From sequence record NC_070650.1: a stretch of 64,000 nucleotides of DNA. The stretch is one strand, 5' to 3'. Below the pieces are notes generated by a model. It saw only the letters and a list, made by a program, of their open reading frames with translations. It was not told where the DNA came from and did no database searches. Of the stretch, positions 39,641-48,962 are shown piece after piece; the first letter of the stretch is position 1; every line of letters starts with the position of its first letter. A program made the position numbers and the translations under genes.

Positions 39641-42600
39641 ATGTTTGGTGACAATCTCTCCATTTCCATGGAAGCACTACTGTACCCGCAGTTCTATTTG
39701 GCTAAAGGGGTTCGCCTTTATTCTCAATTAAAGGCTCCTCGTTTGTTTGCACTGTCTCTTTTTGAATTCCCAAAAGGCAGTATTGTGCACTATTGGCCCA
39801 CTGCGGATTACCTGTACGGCCCGTCGACTGATGAATTTTGGGTTCAAAGGGTTAACACCCCGATATTTATCGACCACGTCAGTGAGCTGGTTGCTCACGA
39901 TGGCAGTCCTATTCGTTCGGGTGCATTCATAAACCAACTGATTACTAGTTATAGAAAAACCCATCGTAAATTTAGACCGCTGATTAATCTGGATACTGCC
40001 ACCAGAGACCCAAAAACACTGATTGTTCGCAACTATGCCATGTTGCCACATATGTGGAAATATCGGCAGAACATGATGACTAGTTGGTATCGTTGGGCCA
40101 ACTTACGTAAAACGTTTTGGGATGGGGTCGAAGAATACGGACAACGAAGCGACCGGGAACAATACGTATTTATTACGCTACCTCAACGTATCCCGACAAA
40201 AGCAGAGATGATGAAAGCCCAGACGGCAATTACCGGCCAGATATTGAAAATATTCAATACTCCGGAATCATTGAATCTGCTGGACCTGTGGGAGTGGTTA
40301 GGCGTTGAACGAAATAAATCACTGATGTCTTCATTAAGTGAAAAGACATTAGAGAAATTAAATTTCGTATTTGTGGAATCTGGGAAATTTTCGGTATTGA
40401 GTGCCGCCATTATCGACCGGTGGCGTAAAATGTCGGATGAAGAACTTATGGCGATGGACCCGGCCGCCAGAGAAGCACGAGAAGCAAAAACAGTATCTGA
40501 AGTGAGTGATAGTCAAATCCAACTACACTTCATGGCTTATTGTAATGCGTTAGTGCAAACTCGGTCTCTGGCGGCGGTAGGCGGTGCAGTAGAAGATACG
40601 TCGGTTGTTCAACAAACCCCGGATGAAAATGCTAAGGTTATTGCCGTAAGCGATGTCGCGGATACTAGCGTCATCCCTCCGGTCGTTGGTGCAACCGTAG
40701 TGAGTGCAAAATCTAAAGATGCAGTAGCGGGTAAACCAGAAACAGTAAAAATGTCTCCGGCAGCAAGCGAACTCATCGATGCACCGCGCACTAACCCACT
40801 GTCGGATTCAAGTGTAGTCAACCCACTAGATGATGATAAAGCCACGGTTTATGACGATATCGATCCAATGGATGAAGTTCCGGAATTAGAGCTTACGGAA
40901 CTGGATATTGACGAACCGTCGGAAGAACAATCATTATCGGTATCTGAACAAGCCTGGTCAAAAATTGGGGTTGTTCCTGACCCGCGATACATCGAGCCCA
41001 AAAATATCCACGAAGAGCATAAGGAAGCCGTTTTAGAACGCGCTAGATCCTTGGCTGACGCCGGCTTAATTTCAGGGCCTGAATATCGTCGGTTTGAGAA
41101 ATTAGCAAGTAGCTTTGAACGAATCCCCAATCCGGTCGGTACAGGAACCCTGAAAGATCTGACCACCATTTCACCAAATGAAATCCAGGATGTTAATGAG
41201 CATGAATTTCCTGATGCCGATACCATCCTAGATAAATCGATGTTAAAATCGACCTTGGTGGATTATGACGCCAAATACATCAACAACCTACTGCAGAAAA
41301 ATATCGCGACTATGGTTTTACATACCCAGAAGATGGGGATTGCCGTAGCAGATTACAAAGTACAGCGTGTATCTGATGCGATGGGTGAGACAGACCAATA
41401 CGCAGTTAAATTAGCACCCGTTACCGGTTCTAGCACCACGTTAAAATTCACCTTACCGGTGGTGAAACCAAATGGGGTGTATGTGTCGGGCGGGGTTAAA
41501 TATCGCCTGCGCAGACAACGTGGTGACTTGCCTATTCGCAAGATTAAATCTAACCAGGTGGCATTGACTTCTTTCTATGGGAAGTTATTTGTTACCCGCG
41601 GTGAGCGCGTTTCTCAGAACTATGGGAAATGGTTACGTGAACGGGTTCAAGAATCCATTGTTACGGTTGAGGGTGCGTTTACCGATGTCCAGTATGGTAA
41701 CCACATCCATACTCAGCGTAAGCTCCCCAGAGTCTATACCGCGTTATCCACGCAGTATGGTGGATTTACTTATCACCCCAACCAGGACGTACGTTGGGTA
41801 TTTAATTTTGATTACGGTAAACATGAAACCGTATTTAATAAAGACATGTTAACCGAGTACGAGGTTGATGACCTGGTATTAGTGGGTCAGGAAGTTTCTA
41901 CCGACAATAAAATTACTGGGCTTATCACGATGGATTTTGGTGGGGTTCTTTACATGAACCGTAAACGCCAAACTACAGAAGTGTTAGGGACCATGGAAGA
42001 TATTTTTGGGTATGACTCCCAAAAAGCACCCATTGAATTCCCTGAATTGAAAGTGTTGGGTAAACCCATCATGGTGGGTTTTATTTTAGCATACTACTAC
42101 GGGTTGGGTAAACTTTGTCGGCTGCTCAATGTGGAACCTCGCCGCGTACCGAGAGGAAGCACTCTAAATCTTAAAAAGGATGAATGGGTTCTTAGGTTCT
42201 CTGATGAAACCTTGGTATTTGACCGGGATAATCCATTGGCGGTATTGGTGCTTGGTGGGTTGCGCTGGTATCAGCGTTACCTGGTCAATTATTCGGTTCT
42301 GGGGTTTGATAATAAAGAAATCTACAGCGGCGTGCTCGCGCAGATGGGTTTGGGTCAACGTTACATACGCGAATTAGATTTATTGCGTTCGATGTTTGTC
42401 GACCACATTACCCGCGATTTACTTATTATGCAAAAAGAACCCACGAATTTTGATGGGTTACTGATGCGGTCGTGTGAGTTACTGCTTACCGATCAAACTC
42501 CCGATGAGACTGACCTACAGTGGCAGTTGTTCCGCGGCTACGAGAGATTTGCTGGTGCTGTTTATAAAGAACTGGTAAATGGGGTTCGTGCTTACTACGC

Positions 42601-44122
42601 TAACCCAGCTACTTCTAAAGCGGCGGTTGCTATCCCACATAGTGCGGTATTCCAAGCCATTCAAAACGATTCAGCGCAAATCATCGTAGAAGAATCCAAC
42701 CCGATCCATAACCTGAAAGAAAAAGAAGCGGTAACGTTCAATGGCACTGGCGGTCGTACCGGTAGGACTATGTCCAAACGCACTCGCGTGTTCCATCCGA
42801 ATGACCGTGGGATTATCTCGGAATCTACCGTGGATAACTCGGATGTTGCGGTTAATACCTACATGTCCGCCAATCCCAAATTAACCAGCCTGTATGGTAC
42901 TACCGGGCTGTTTGATAAAGATTCCGATGGAATGGCTAGACAGCTGTCTACGTCAGCCATGGTGAGTCCTGGGGCGACTAATGACGATCCAAAACGAGTC
43001 AACTTTATTGCCATACAGCACAGCTCGGGTATTTCGGCCCACGGGTACGGTATCGCCCCACTGTTGACTGGGTATGAACAAATCATCCCACATCGAGTGG
43101 ATGATATTTTCTGCCATACGGCTAAGGCTGACGGTAAAGTCATTAAACGTGATCGGGATACCGTCCACGTGACGTATCCTGGAACACAACTACCCGATGA
43201 AGTCGTTCGAATCGGTACGGAATATGGTGTTTCGAAAGGGTCTATTGTTCCCCATCGAATTGCTACGGATTTACGTACCGGGGACACTTTTAAAGTTGGT
43301 GATGCGATTGCATACAACACGGGCTTCTTCGCCCCGGATTTCTTAAACCCTGGAAGGGTGATGTGGAAGTCCGGTGTTAATGCTAAAGTTGCCCTGATGG
43401 AAACCGCCGATACTACGGATGACTCCAGTGCCATATCTCAATGGCTGTCTGAGATGTTAACCACCTCCACCTGTAAGGTCAGAACCATCATGGTTGGGTT
43501 CGACCAAGCTATTCGAAACTTAGTCGAATTGGGGGATAAAGTGGATGCGGACGATATTTTATGCAATATAGAAGACCCCCTGACCACTAACTATGACTTG
43601 TTTAATGACGAATCTATTTCATCATTACGCGTATTGTCAGCTAACTCACCCCGGGTTAAATATCCAGGGATTGTCAGTAAAATAGAAGTGGTATATAACG
43701 GCGTATTGGAAGACATGTCGCCAACACTCAAAGCCCTGGCTGAAGAATCCGATGCGGTTAGAAAAAGACTAGCAACGAAACTTCAACGAGGCGACCCGAC
43801 TACCGGACAGATTGTTGGGTTTGGTCGTATAGAAGGAACTACGCTTGAAATTAAGCAAATGGCCATTCGAGTGTACATCGTAGGCGACCTCCCAGCGGGG
43901 GCCGGCGATAAAGGTGTCTTCGGTAACCAGCTTAAATCTGTGTTCCGTCGTGTGATGACTGGCGTGAATAAAACGGAAAGCGGTGAAGATATTGATGCTA
44001 TCTTTGGGTACACCAGTATCGATAACCGTATCGTCACAGCGCCGGTAGCTACCGGTACAACCCAAACACTGTTGCGTGTTTTAGGCAAAGCTGCCGTAAA
44101 AGTGTTTAGGGGCAAAAAATAG
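39641..44122 (+). CDS. Virion RNA polymerase beta subunit (phiKZ gp178-like)
   Basis: 1493 aa; GGTGGRTGR, HPNDRGIISE, DDPKRVNFIAIQ, TDDSSAIS, GDKGVFGNQLKS motifs matching RpoB regions. Confidence 0.92.
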   Translation: MFGDNLSISMEALLYPQFYLAKGVRLYSQLKAPRLFALSLFEFPKGSIVHYWPTADYLYGPSTDEFWVQRVNTPIFIDHVSELVAHDGSPIRSGAFINQLITSYRKTHRKFRPLINLDTATRDPKTLIVRNYAMLPHMWKYRQNMMTSWYRWANLRKTFWDGVEEYGQRSDREQYVFITLPQRIPTKAEMMKAQTAITGQILKIFNTPESLNLLDLWEWLGVERNKSLMSSLSEKTLEKLNFVFVESGKFSVLSAAIIDRWRKMSDEELMAMDPAAREAREAKTVSEVSDSQIQLHFMAYCNALVQTRSLAAVGGAVEDTSVVQQTPDENAKVIAVSDVADTSVIPPVVGATVVSAKSKDAVAGKPETVKMSPAASELIDAPRTNPLSDSSVVNPLDDDKATVYDDIDPMDEVPELELTELDIDEPSEEQSLSVSEQAWSKIGVVPDPRYIEPKNIHEEHKEAVLERARSLADAGLISGPEYRRFEKLASSFERIPNPVGTGTLKDLTTISPNEIQDVNEHEFPDADTILDKSMLKSTLVDYDAKYINNLLQKNIATMVLHTQKMGIAVADYKVQRVSDAMGETDQYAVKLAPVTGSSTTLKFTLPVVKPNGVYVSGGVKYRLRRQRGDLPIRKIKSNQVALTSFYGKLFVTRGERVSQNYGKWLRERVQESIVTVEGAFTDVQYGNHIHTQRKLPRVYTALSTQYGGFTYHPNQDVRWVFNFDYGKHETVFNKDMLTEYEVDDLVLVGQEVSTDNKITGLITMDFGGVLYMNRKRQTTEVLGTMEDIFGYDSQKAPIEFPELKVLGKPIMVGFILAYYYGLGKLCRLLNVEPRRVPRGSTLNLKKDEWVLRFSDETLVFDRDNPLAVLVLGGLRWYQRYLVNYSVLGFDNKEIYSGVLAQMGLGQRYIRELDLLRSMFVDHITRDLLIMQKEPTNFDGLLMRSCELLLTDQTPDETDLQWQLFRGYERFAGAVYKELVNGVRAYYANPATSKAAVAIPHSAVFQAIQNDSAQIIVEESNPIHNLKEKEAVTFNGTGGRTGRTMSKRTRVFHPNDRGIISESTVDNSDVAVNTYMSANPKLTSLYGTTGLFDKDSDGMARQLSTSAMVSPGATNDDPKRVNFIAIQHSSGISAHGYGIAPLLTGYEQIIPHRVDDIFCHTAKADGKVIKRDRDTVHVTYPGTQLPDEVVRIGTEYGVSKGSIVPHRIATDLRTGDTFKVGDAIAYNTGFFAPDFLNPGRVMWKSGVNAKVALMETADTTDDSSAISQWLSEMLTTSTCKVRTIMVGFDQAIRNLVELGDKVDADDILCNIEDPLTTNYDLFNDESISSLRVLSANSPRVKYPGIVSKIEVVYNGVLEDMSPTLKALAEESDAVRKRLATKLQRGDPTTGQIVGFGRIEGTTLEIKQMAIRVYIVGDLPAGAGDKGVFGNQLKSVFRRVMTGVNKTESGEDIDAIFGYTSIDNRIVTAPVATGTTQTLLRVLGKAAVKVFRGKK

Positions 44123-44130
44123 TGTCTTTC

Positions 44131-44150
44131 TGGGGGTGTCACCACCCCCA
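44131..44150 (+). terminator. Hairpin after RNAP operon
   Basis: TGGGGGTG-TCAC-CACCCCCA then T-rich tract. Confidence 0.6.
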
Positions 44151-44173
44151 TTATCTTTATTGAGGAAACCGTA

Positions 44174-44344
44174 ATGACTCAGGATACCGGCAATATTATT
44201 GCTAATGGCGTAGAACTGGTTGCGACCATTATGGAACGGGTAGCCGACCAAGACATCGTACGCCCGGCGGACCACGCAAACAACGAACGTGAAACCATCG
44301 CTGCACGCATTGTTAGCGAACTGACTGCACGGGAAGGTGTATAA
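44174..44344 (+). CDS. Small 56-aa protein missing from ORF track
   Basis: GAGGA RBS; MTQDTGNIIANGVELVATIMERVADQDIVRPADHANNERETIAARIVSELTAREGV; TAATG overlap with next gene. Confidence 0.7.
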   Translation: MTQDTGNIIANGVELVATIMERVADQDIVRPADHANNERETIAARIVSELTAREGV

Positions 44345-45822
44345 TGATTAAGAACAGCACAATCCAGGCCAGCATCCCGGCAATTCAACGCCTGAGTGCA
44401 AAGGGCATCAGCCTGGAAACCATTGAGGGTTCTCCGTTAGACCAGTTAGCGGACACAACCAAATCCCCATTCCCTCAAACTGATGGCGATACGATTTCCG
44501 TTGAATCGATGGTCGAAGAAGTTCGTGAACTATCACTCAACCCAACTCTCGTCGACGGGTCGGCCCATGACATGGTTATGGAAGAGGTCGTACCTGGGAT
44601 TGTTCAACGTCTTTCCCGCAGTAAGCAAGTGGCACGCGAAGTACTAACTCCAGCGACCAAACGCGTTGATGCGCTGGTAAAAGATGCGCTGCAGAACTTC
44701 ACCCCGATTCGTTTCTGGGTAGATGAATATCGCCCGCACCCCATTTATCAGGCTGACGAACTTATTACCTCGGTTGATCGTTTCGAAAACGCACCGTGGT
44801 TACCGGGAGAACTGAAACTTCCTGTTATCGCACCTCTCGACGAACCAGCATTGATTGAAATGCTGCAGACCGGCATGCAATCATTCGATACTTTAGTAGC
44901 GGATTGGTTGGGTCGCAAACCTGAGGGATGGTTATCCGCCGCCTTTAATAGTTTCTTTGGTACCGGGCTCGATACCGATCTGATTCCTCTGGCGCAGCAG
45001 GGATTCTATTATAAGGGTCTTGAGCGCGTACCTACTTTTGAAATCCGTCTGGGTAGCGAAGACCAAATCCTTGCCGGGTATCTGCTAGCCTCGGTACTGA
45101 TCGACAAACCTCAGGGCGGTACGGGTATTTCTTTATCCGAGTGGAAATCCCAGTTAGGCAAACTGATGGAACTGTGCGGCTCGGCTCTGATTACTTTCCG
45201 CCGCATCCTGACCAATTACCTGGCCACAAAAACTGTCATCCTGCAGCTGCCTGCGGTTTCTCCGATTTGGAAAACCAAAGCCGAAGATGCCCGGATCGTC
45301 GTATTTGGTCCGGCATACGCCCAGTTCCTTGAAGCTGGCGGCACCCCAGAGATGGTGATCGGTTCAGTCGTGGGTCGCATGAATCTGGTTACTATAGACC
45401 AGGTACTTGCTGAAAAAGACAACTGTCTGGGTAACTACGGTGCATATGAAAATATGCTGGCTATGGAAGTTGAGCAGCACAGCACCGAAGCTATTCGGAA
45501 TGCGTTCCTGGTAGGTATGGCGACCGTGGTCAATGAAATTCCAGAAGAGGAATTGAAAGGGCCGAAAGAAACCATCCACGAAGCAGTCCGTCAGGCAACT
45601 GAAAATACGGATTGGGCAAATATCGATATCTACAATTGCGCGCGCGATATCCTGGCTGGCGTTGTGTTTAAATGCCCACTGGCGCTGGATATCGTTAAAC
45701 GTATTGATGTCCTGATGGAAGGCAGTGACTATACCCCGCAAGAGGCGGCCTATATCGCTTATCGTGATGTGGCGGCCAATTACGTTGCCAACCAAATCAG
45801 AACAGTGCGTGGAGTGGAATAA
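44344..45822 (+). CDS. Head/ejection protein (phiKZ gp177-like)
   Basis: Position between gp178- and gp176-like genes; N-terminal GISLE and ISVES putative processing sites; strong codon bias. Confidence 0.65.
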   Translation: MIKNSTIQASIPAIQRLSAKGISLETIEGSPLDQLADTTKSPFPQTDGDTISVESMVEEVRELSLNPTLVDGSAHDMVMEEVVPGIVQRLSRSKQVAREVLTPATKRVDALVKDALQNFTPIRFWVDEYRPHPIYQADELITSVDRFENAPWLPGELKLPVIAPLDEPALIEMLQTGMQSFDTLVADWLGRKPEGWLSAAFNSFFGTGLDTDLIPLAQQGFYYKGLERVPTFEIRLGSEDQILAGYLLASVLIDKPQGGTGISLSEWKSQLGKLMELCGSALITFRRILTNYLATKTVILQLPAVSPIWKTKAEDARIVVFGPAYAQFLEAGGTPEMVIGSVVGRMNLVTIDQVLAEKDNCLGNYGAYENMLAMEVEQHSTEAIRNAFLVGMATVVNEIPEEELKGPKETIHEAVRQATENTDWANIDIYNCARDILAGVVFKCPLALDIVKRIDVLMEGSDYTPQEAAYIAYRDVAANYVANQIRTVRGVE

Positions 45823-46550
45823 TGGACATTAGCCGTTTTCGCCGAGACGCGGACGCAGTTAAAAGCGTTATTGTGGCAACCCCCGATAACCGGTTGGTGG
45901 TGAAAAAGGCGTGTAATCTTTATATCCCTGAACGGTATGTTGAAAAAGGGCTTGCCCACGTCAGCAATGAAACTTACGTGGTGGGGATATACGGCCTGGT
46001 GTTGGAAGAAACTGGCCAGTATGCTACATCACTTGCTAACGCCATGATGGGGATAGACCCATCATGGTCCAACACCGTAACCATTGATAACGTGGATTAC
46101 ATCGAGTTCCACTTTGAGCCTGGCGCTACGTTGTGTACGAACACCGAACTGGTCAAGAACGATATCCTGGTCTACCACATCTACAATGAAGTCATTGCTA
46201 AGGGGAACATCCCATGGTACATGAACTATTTAGATGTGGGGCGGTTATTTGATTCCGCGCAACATCATGGCGGACTTAACTTAAGGGCCTCCCCGGCAAC
46301 ATTGCAAATGATCGCGGCAGTTATTTCCCGCGATAACAATGACCGTGTGAAATACTACCGCCAAACCGTAAATTCTCTAAAAGACGCGATTGAGATTCGT
46401 CCTGCATTTATCCCATTCCGAAACATCGCTTACGGTGCAACAAACACCACTGCGAAGCTTATCGGTGCTTATTTTGAAGAAGGGATGATATCCGCAGTGA
46501 TTAACCCCAGTAAGCGCGTAGAGAAAGTAGAATCCCTCTTGCGCATGTAA
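45822..46550 (+). CDS. phiKZ gp176-like protein (candidate virion RNAP-associated subunit)
   Basis: IYIPERY-like NLYIPERY, YIEFHFEPG, KGNIPWYMNY, ATNTTAKLIGAYF, SKRVEKVESLLR motifs; synteny. Confidence 0.7.
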   Translation: MDISRFRRDADAVKSVIVATPDNRLVVKKACNLYIPERYVEKGLAHVSNETYVVGIYGLVLEETGQYATSLANAMMGIDPSWSNTVTIDNVDYIEFHFEPGATLCTNTELVKNDILVYHIYNEVIAKGNIPWYMNYLDVGRLFDSAQHHGGLNLRASPATLQMIAAVISRDNNDRVKYYRQTVNSLKDAIEIRPAFIPFRNIAYGATNTTAKLIGAYFEEGMISAVINPSKRVEKVESLLRM

Positions 46551-47272
46551 TGGAGCGAGCCATGACTACTGGTGAGGATATCAAGCGTTGGCTCTCTATG
46601 TTACCTGAGCATAAGCGGAAATTATTTACATTACGCACCAAAACTGAGGTGGGTACCCCCCACCTCTACCACATCTCTCGAAATCATGATATTGAAACGT
46701 TTTCTCCGATCGTGTCAACCAGAACACTGTTGGACGAGGATAGATCAATTCCGCGAATCTGTACTGCAACTTCACTGGCTGGTTGCCTGTTAGGGTACCA
46801 GTCGCAGCGGTATGATTTTGAAACATCCGAATATAAAGGGTGGTATATTTACGGCATCCCATACCGGTACGCCATCCGACCAAATGTTGACTTGCTTCCT
46901 GACGTAGACGTTTCTGATGAACATTGGTTAGTCACCTTCGATCCTACTACCGTGGAGTATTCCCCAGTGGTAGTGGGTAAATTCTTTTTTAATAAGAAAG
47001 AAAGCGTTCATCGGTTTCGTCGATTAATTTCGGAGTATCACGGTTATTTAGACGTGATTGCCCCGGAAGGTTTGCAATTAGCAGATGGTGTTCATGCCCC
47101 TCGCGGAATCTATGATTTGCGGTATATGCCGTCTGAACTTTCGACGTATAAAAGCACCGGTGGTTTGAAAATTGGGGAGGTTTCTCGCGGTGAGTATATC
47201 GCGGTTAGAAATACCTCCGTGGAATTGTTATCTCGCCGGAATCGCCCCCTGCGAGGAAGTGAATTGTGGTGA
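46550..47272 (+). CDS. Hypothetical protein, possible ADP-ribosyltransferase-like fold
   Basis: LYHIS...FSP...ED..IPRICTATSLAGCL pattern; TAATG coupling to upstream gene. Confidence 0.45.
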   Translation: MERAMTTGEDIKRWLSMLPEHKRKLFTLRTKTEVGTPHLYHISRNHDIETFSPIVSTRTLLDEDRSIPRICTATSLAGCLLGYQSQRYDFETSEYKGWYIYGIPYRYAIRPNVDLLPDVDVSDEHWLVTFDPTTVEYSPVVVGKFFFNKKESVHRFRRLISEYHGYLDVIAPEGLQLADGVHAPRGIYDLRYMPSELSTYKSTGGLKIGEVSRGEYIAVRNTSVELLSRRNRPLRGSELW

Positions 47273-47289
47273 TAAGGAGCGGGTGTGGG

Positions 47290-48051
47290 ATGTATAACGA
47301 CAAGATTGTATTTTCTGGCGGCACCCTAATTGGTGCAAACCAAGGCGGTACCCTCAAGAAAAATGAGCACGGGTATTACGAAGTGGTATTGGGTGCATTG
47401 GATGTATTTAACAGTAATGGACAATACTATCCTTTAGGTCCAGCCAAAGCGTTATTCGAAGCATCAAGCGTGTTCATGCGCAGACTGAAAAACAAAGCAC
47501 TCCGCGCTGAGTACGGCCATCCCAAACGGGATGGAATGCCGCTGATGGAGTATGCTGACCGATTGACTCGGATTGATGAGCGCATGGTCTGCTGCCATAT
47601 CCACGATGTTTGGTTAGAAACGTCCAAAGTTAAAAACTCTGAAGGGCGCACAGTGATTGCCATCATGGGGCTGATCTGTCCCACCGGTCCCTACGGTGAA
47701 GTTCTCAAACAGCAGTTAGAAAATCCGAATGAAAACGTATGTTTCTCTATTCGTGCCGTTACTCACGATGAATACGTGCGTGGACGCTATGAGAAACAAA
47801 TCCGCGAGATCATTAGCTGGGATTATGTTAATGAGCCAGGGATTTCCGTAGCCAATAAATTCTCTTCTCCGAGTCTGGAATCTATTGATACGGTGGTTCC
47901 TTTGGAGTTGATGGGTTCCTACCTGTCGGCTAAACGCCATGAATTAGTTGCCATGGAAGCGGCGGGCGATGTGACCTTATCCGGGATTTATGAAAAAGCA
48001 AAATCCTCGATTGTGCTGCCAACGCGCACCATTGGTAGTCAGTTGTGGTAA
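47290..48051 (+). CDS. Prohead protease (phiKZ gp175-like)
   Basis: EYGHP (catalytic His), FSIRA (catalytic Ser), WDYVNEPGI; C-terminal SPSLE putative autocleavage; AAGGAG RBS before ATG 47290. Confidence 0.9.
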   Translation: MYNDKIVFSGGTLIGANQGGTLKKNEHGYYEVVLGALDVFNSNGQYYPLGPAKALFEASSVFMRRLKNKALRAEYGHPKRDGMPLMEYADRLTRIDERMVCCHIHDVWLETSKVKNSEGRTVIAIMGLICPTGPYGEVLKQQLENPNENVCFSIRAVTHDEYVRGRYEKQIREIISWDYVNEPGISVANKFSSPSLESIDTVVPLELMGSYLSAKRHELVAMEAAGDVTLSGIYEKAKSSIVLPTRTIGSQLW

Positions 48052-48055
48052 GGTA

Positions 48056-48095
48056 GTCAACATATCGGGAGGGCGAAAGCCCTCCCTTTTATGTC
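48056..48095 (+). terminator. Terminator; copy of dispersed hairpin element
   Basis: GTCAACATATC-GGGAGGGC-GAAA-GCCCTCCC-TTTTATGTC. Confidence 0.85.
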
Positions 48096-48103
48096 GTGAG
48101 ACT

Positions 48104-48126
48104 AAAAAAATATAAGCGTATATTAC
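48104..48126 (+). promoter_or_regulatory. Early promoter (A-tract + CG-TATATTAC)
   Basis: AAAAAAA-TATAAGCG-TATATTAC upstream of ATG 48177. Confidence 0.75.
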
Positions 48127-48176
48127 TATGTGGAGTATTGCGTGCTTCATTCTTTTGTATAGCGAGGATTATCTTT

Positions 48177-48953
48177 ATGCTCAACCGTGAACAAATACTG
48201 GCCAAGGTAGAAACTGAATTATTAACCAGCAATAAAACCATTCGCCAAATCTGTGCTGACGCCCAGTCCGTGGACCAGCGGGTGATATATAAATATTTCA
48301 GTGATAAATACGGGATGACCCCACACCAGTTCCGCAAACAACACCTCAGAATTGAAGGGCGAGAAACACTCGACATGGACGATAAGGCTCGGGCTATTTT
48401 TGATAAAACTCTTGATCTATGCCAATACTCTAATTTGTCTACGCTCGCTGTAGCGGCCCGCTGCGGGGTTAGCATCACCGCGATAAATAAAACGTATCTA
48501 TCGGTGTATGGTTGTACCTATGACGAGCTACAACGCAAATTCTCCAGCGAACAACGAATCTATCCGGGAGAAGGCATCCCGTGGGAAAATGAAATATTTT
48601 CTTCGTTGGAACTGCTACGGCCAAAAGCATATATATCTTCGTATCTTGAATCCGTGGCCGAAGTGCGCAATCTGATTATCGATTCGTACGAACTAAACGA
48701 GGTGCAGATACAGCCTCGGGGCTCATTTATACCCGGCCCAAAATATCCTATCGTAAAGGTATCGGAACTCCCTGATTCTAAATCAGCAAAAATGCCAATG
48801 AAAGGTATTGGGGTTTATCGGGTACCTGATAAAGAGTTCGAATTTAAATTATTTCTTGACATCACAAATGATCGCCTGCACGTAATCTGTGATGACCGCG
48901 CATTTCGCGTTTACCTGATCGGGACCCTTAAAGGCCACGTCATTAATCAATAA
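48177..48953 (+). CDS. Protein with two tandem AraC-like helix-turn-helix repeats
   Basis: TIRQICADAQSVDQRVIYKYFSDKYGMTPHQFR and STLAVAARCGVSITAINKTYLSVYGCTYDELQR; GAGG RBS before ATG 48177 (track 48096 runs through promoter). Confidence 0.6.
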   Translation: MLNREQILAKVETELLTSNKTIRQICADAQSVDQRVIYKYFSDKYGMTPHQFRKQHLRIEGRETLDMDDKARAIFDKTLDLCQYSNLSTLAVAARCGVSITAINKTYLSVYGCTYDELQRKFSSEQRIYPGEGIPWENEIFSSLELLRPKAYISSYLESVAEVRNLIIDSYELNEVQIQPRGSFIPGPKYPIVKVSELPDSKSAKMPMKGIGVYRVPDKEFEFKLFLDITNDRLHVICDDRAFRVYLIGTLKGHVINQ

Positions 48954-48962
48954 GGATTCAAC

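Noticed and set aside
42859-43434. 191-aa minus ORF inside RNAP beta, plus similar antisense ORFs in gp181-, gp180- and SbcC-like genes (e.g. 34254..34727, 39257..39628)
   Set aside because: Antisense shadows of long conserved genes
37905-44122. Possible introns or inteins in virion RNAP or terminase genes, as occur in some relatives
   Set aside because: ORFs are continuous, sizes match intron-free homologues, and I saw no intein splice motifs or HNH/LAGLIDADG ORFs
44179-44388. 69-aa minus ORF in the track
   Set aside because: Antisense to the better-supported + strand 56-aa gene 44174..44344
48096-48176. N-terminal extension of HTH protein; similar extensions at 28201, 50466, 51801, 10550
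   Set aside because: Extensions run through promoters or terminator hairpins; downstream ATGs have RBSs
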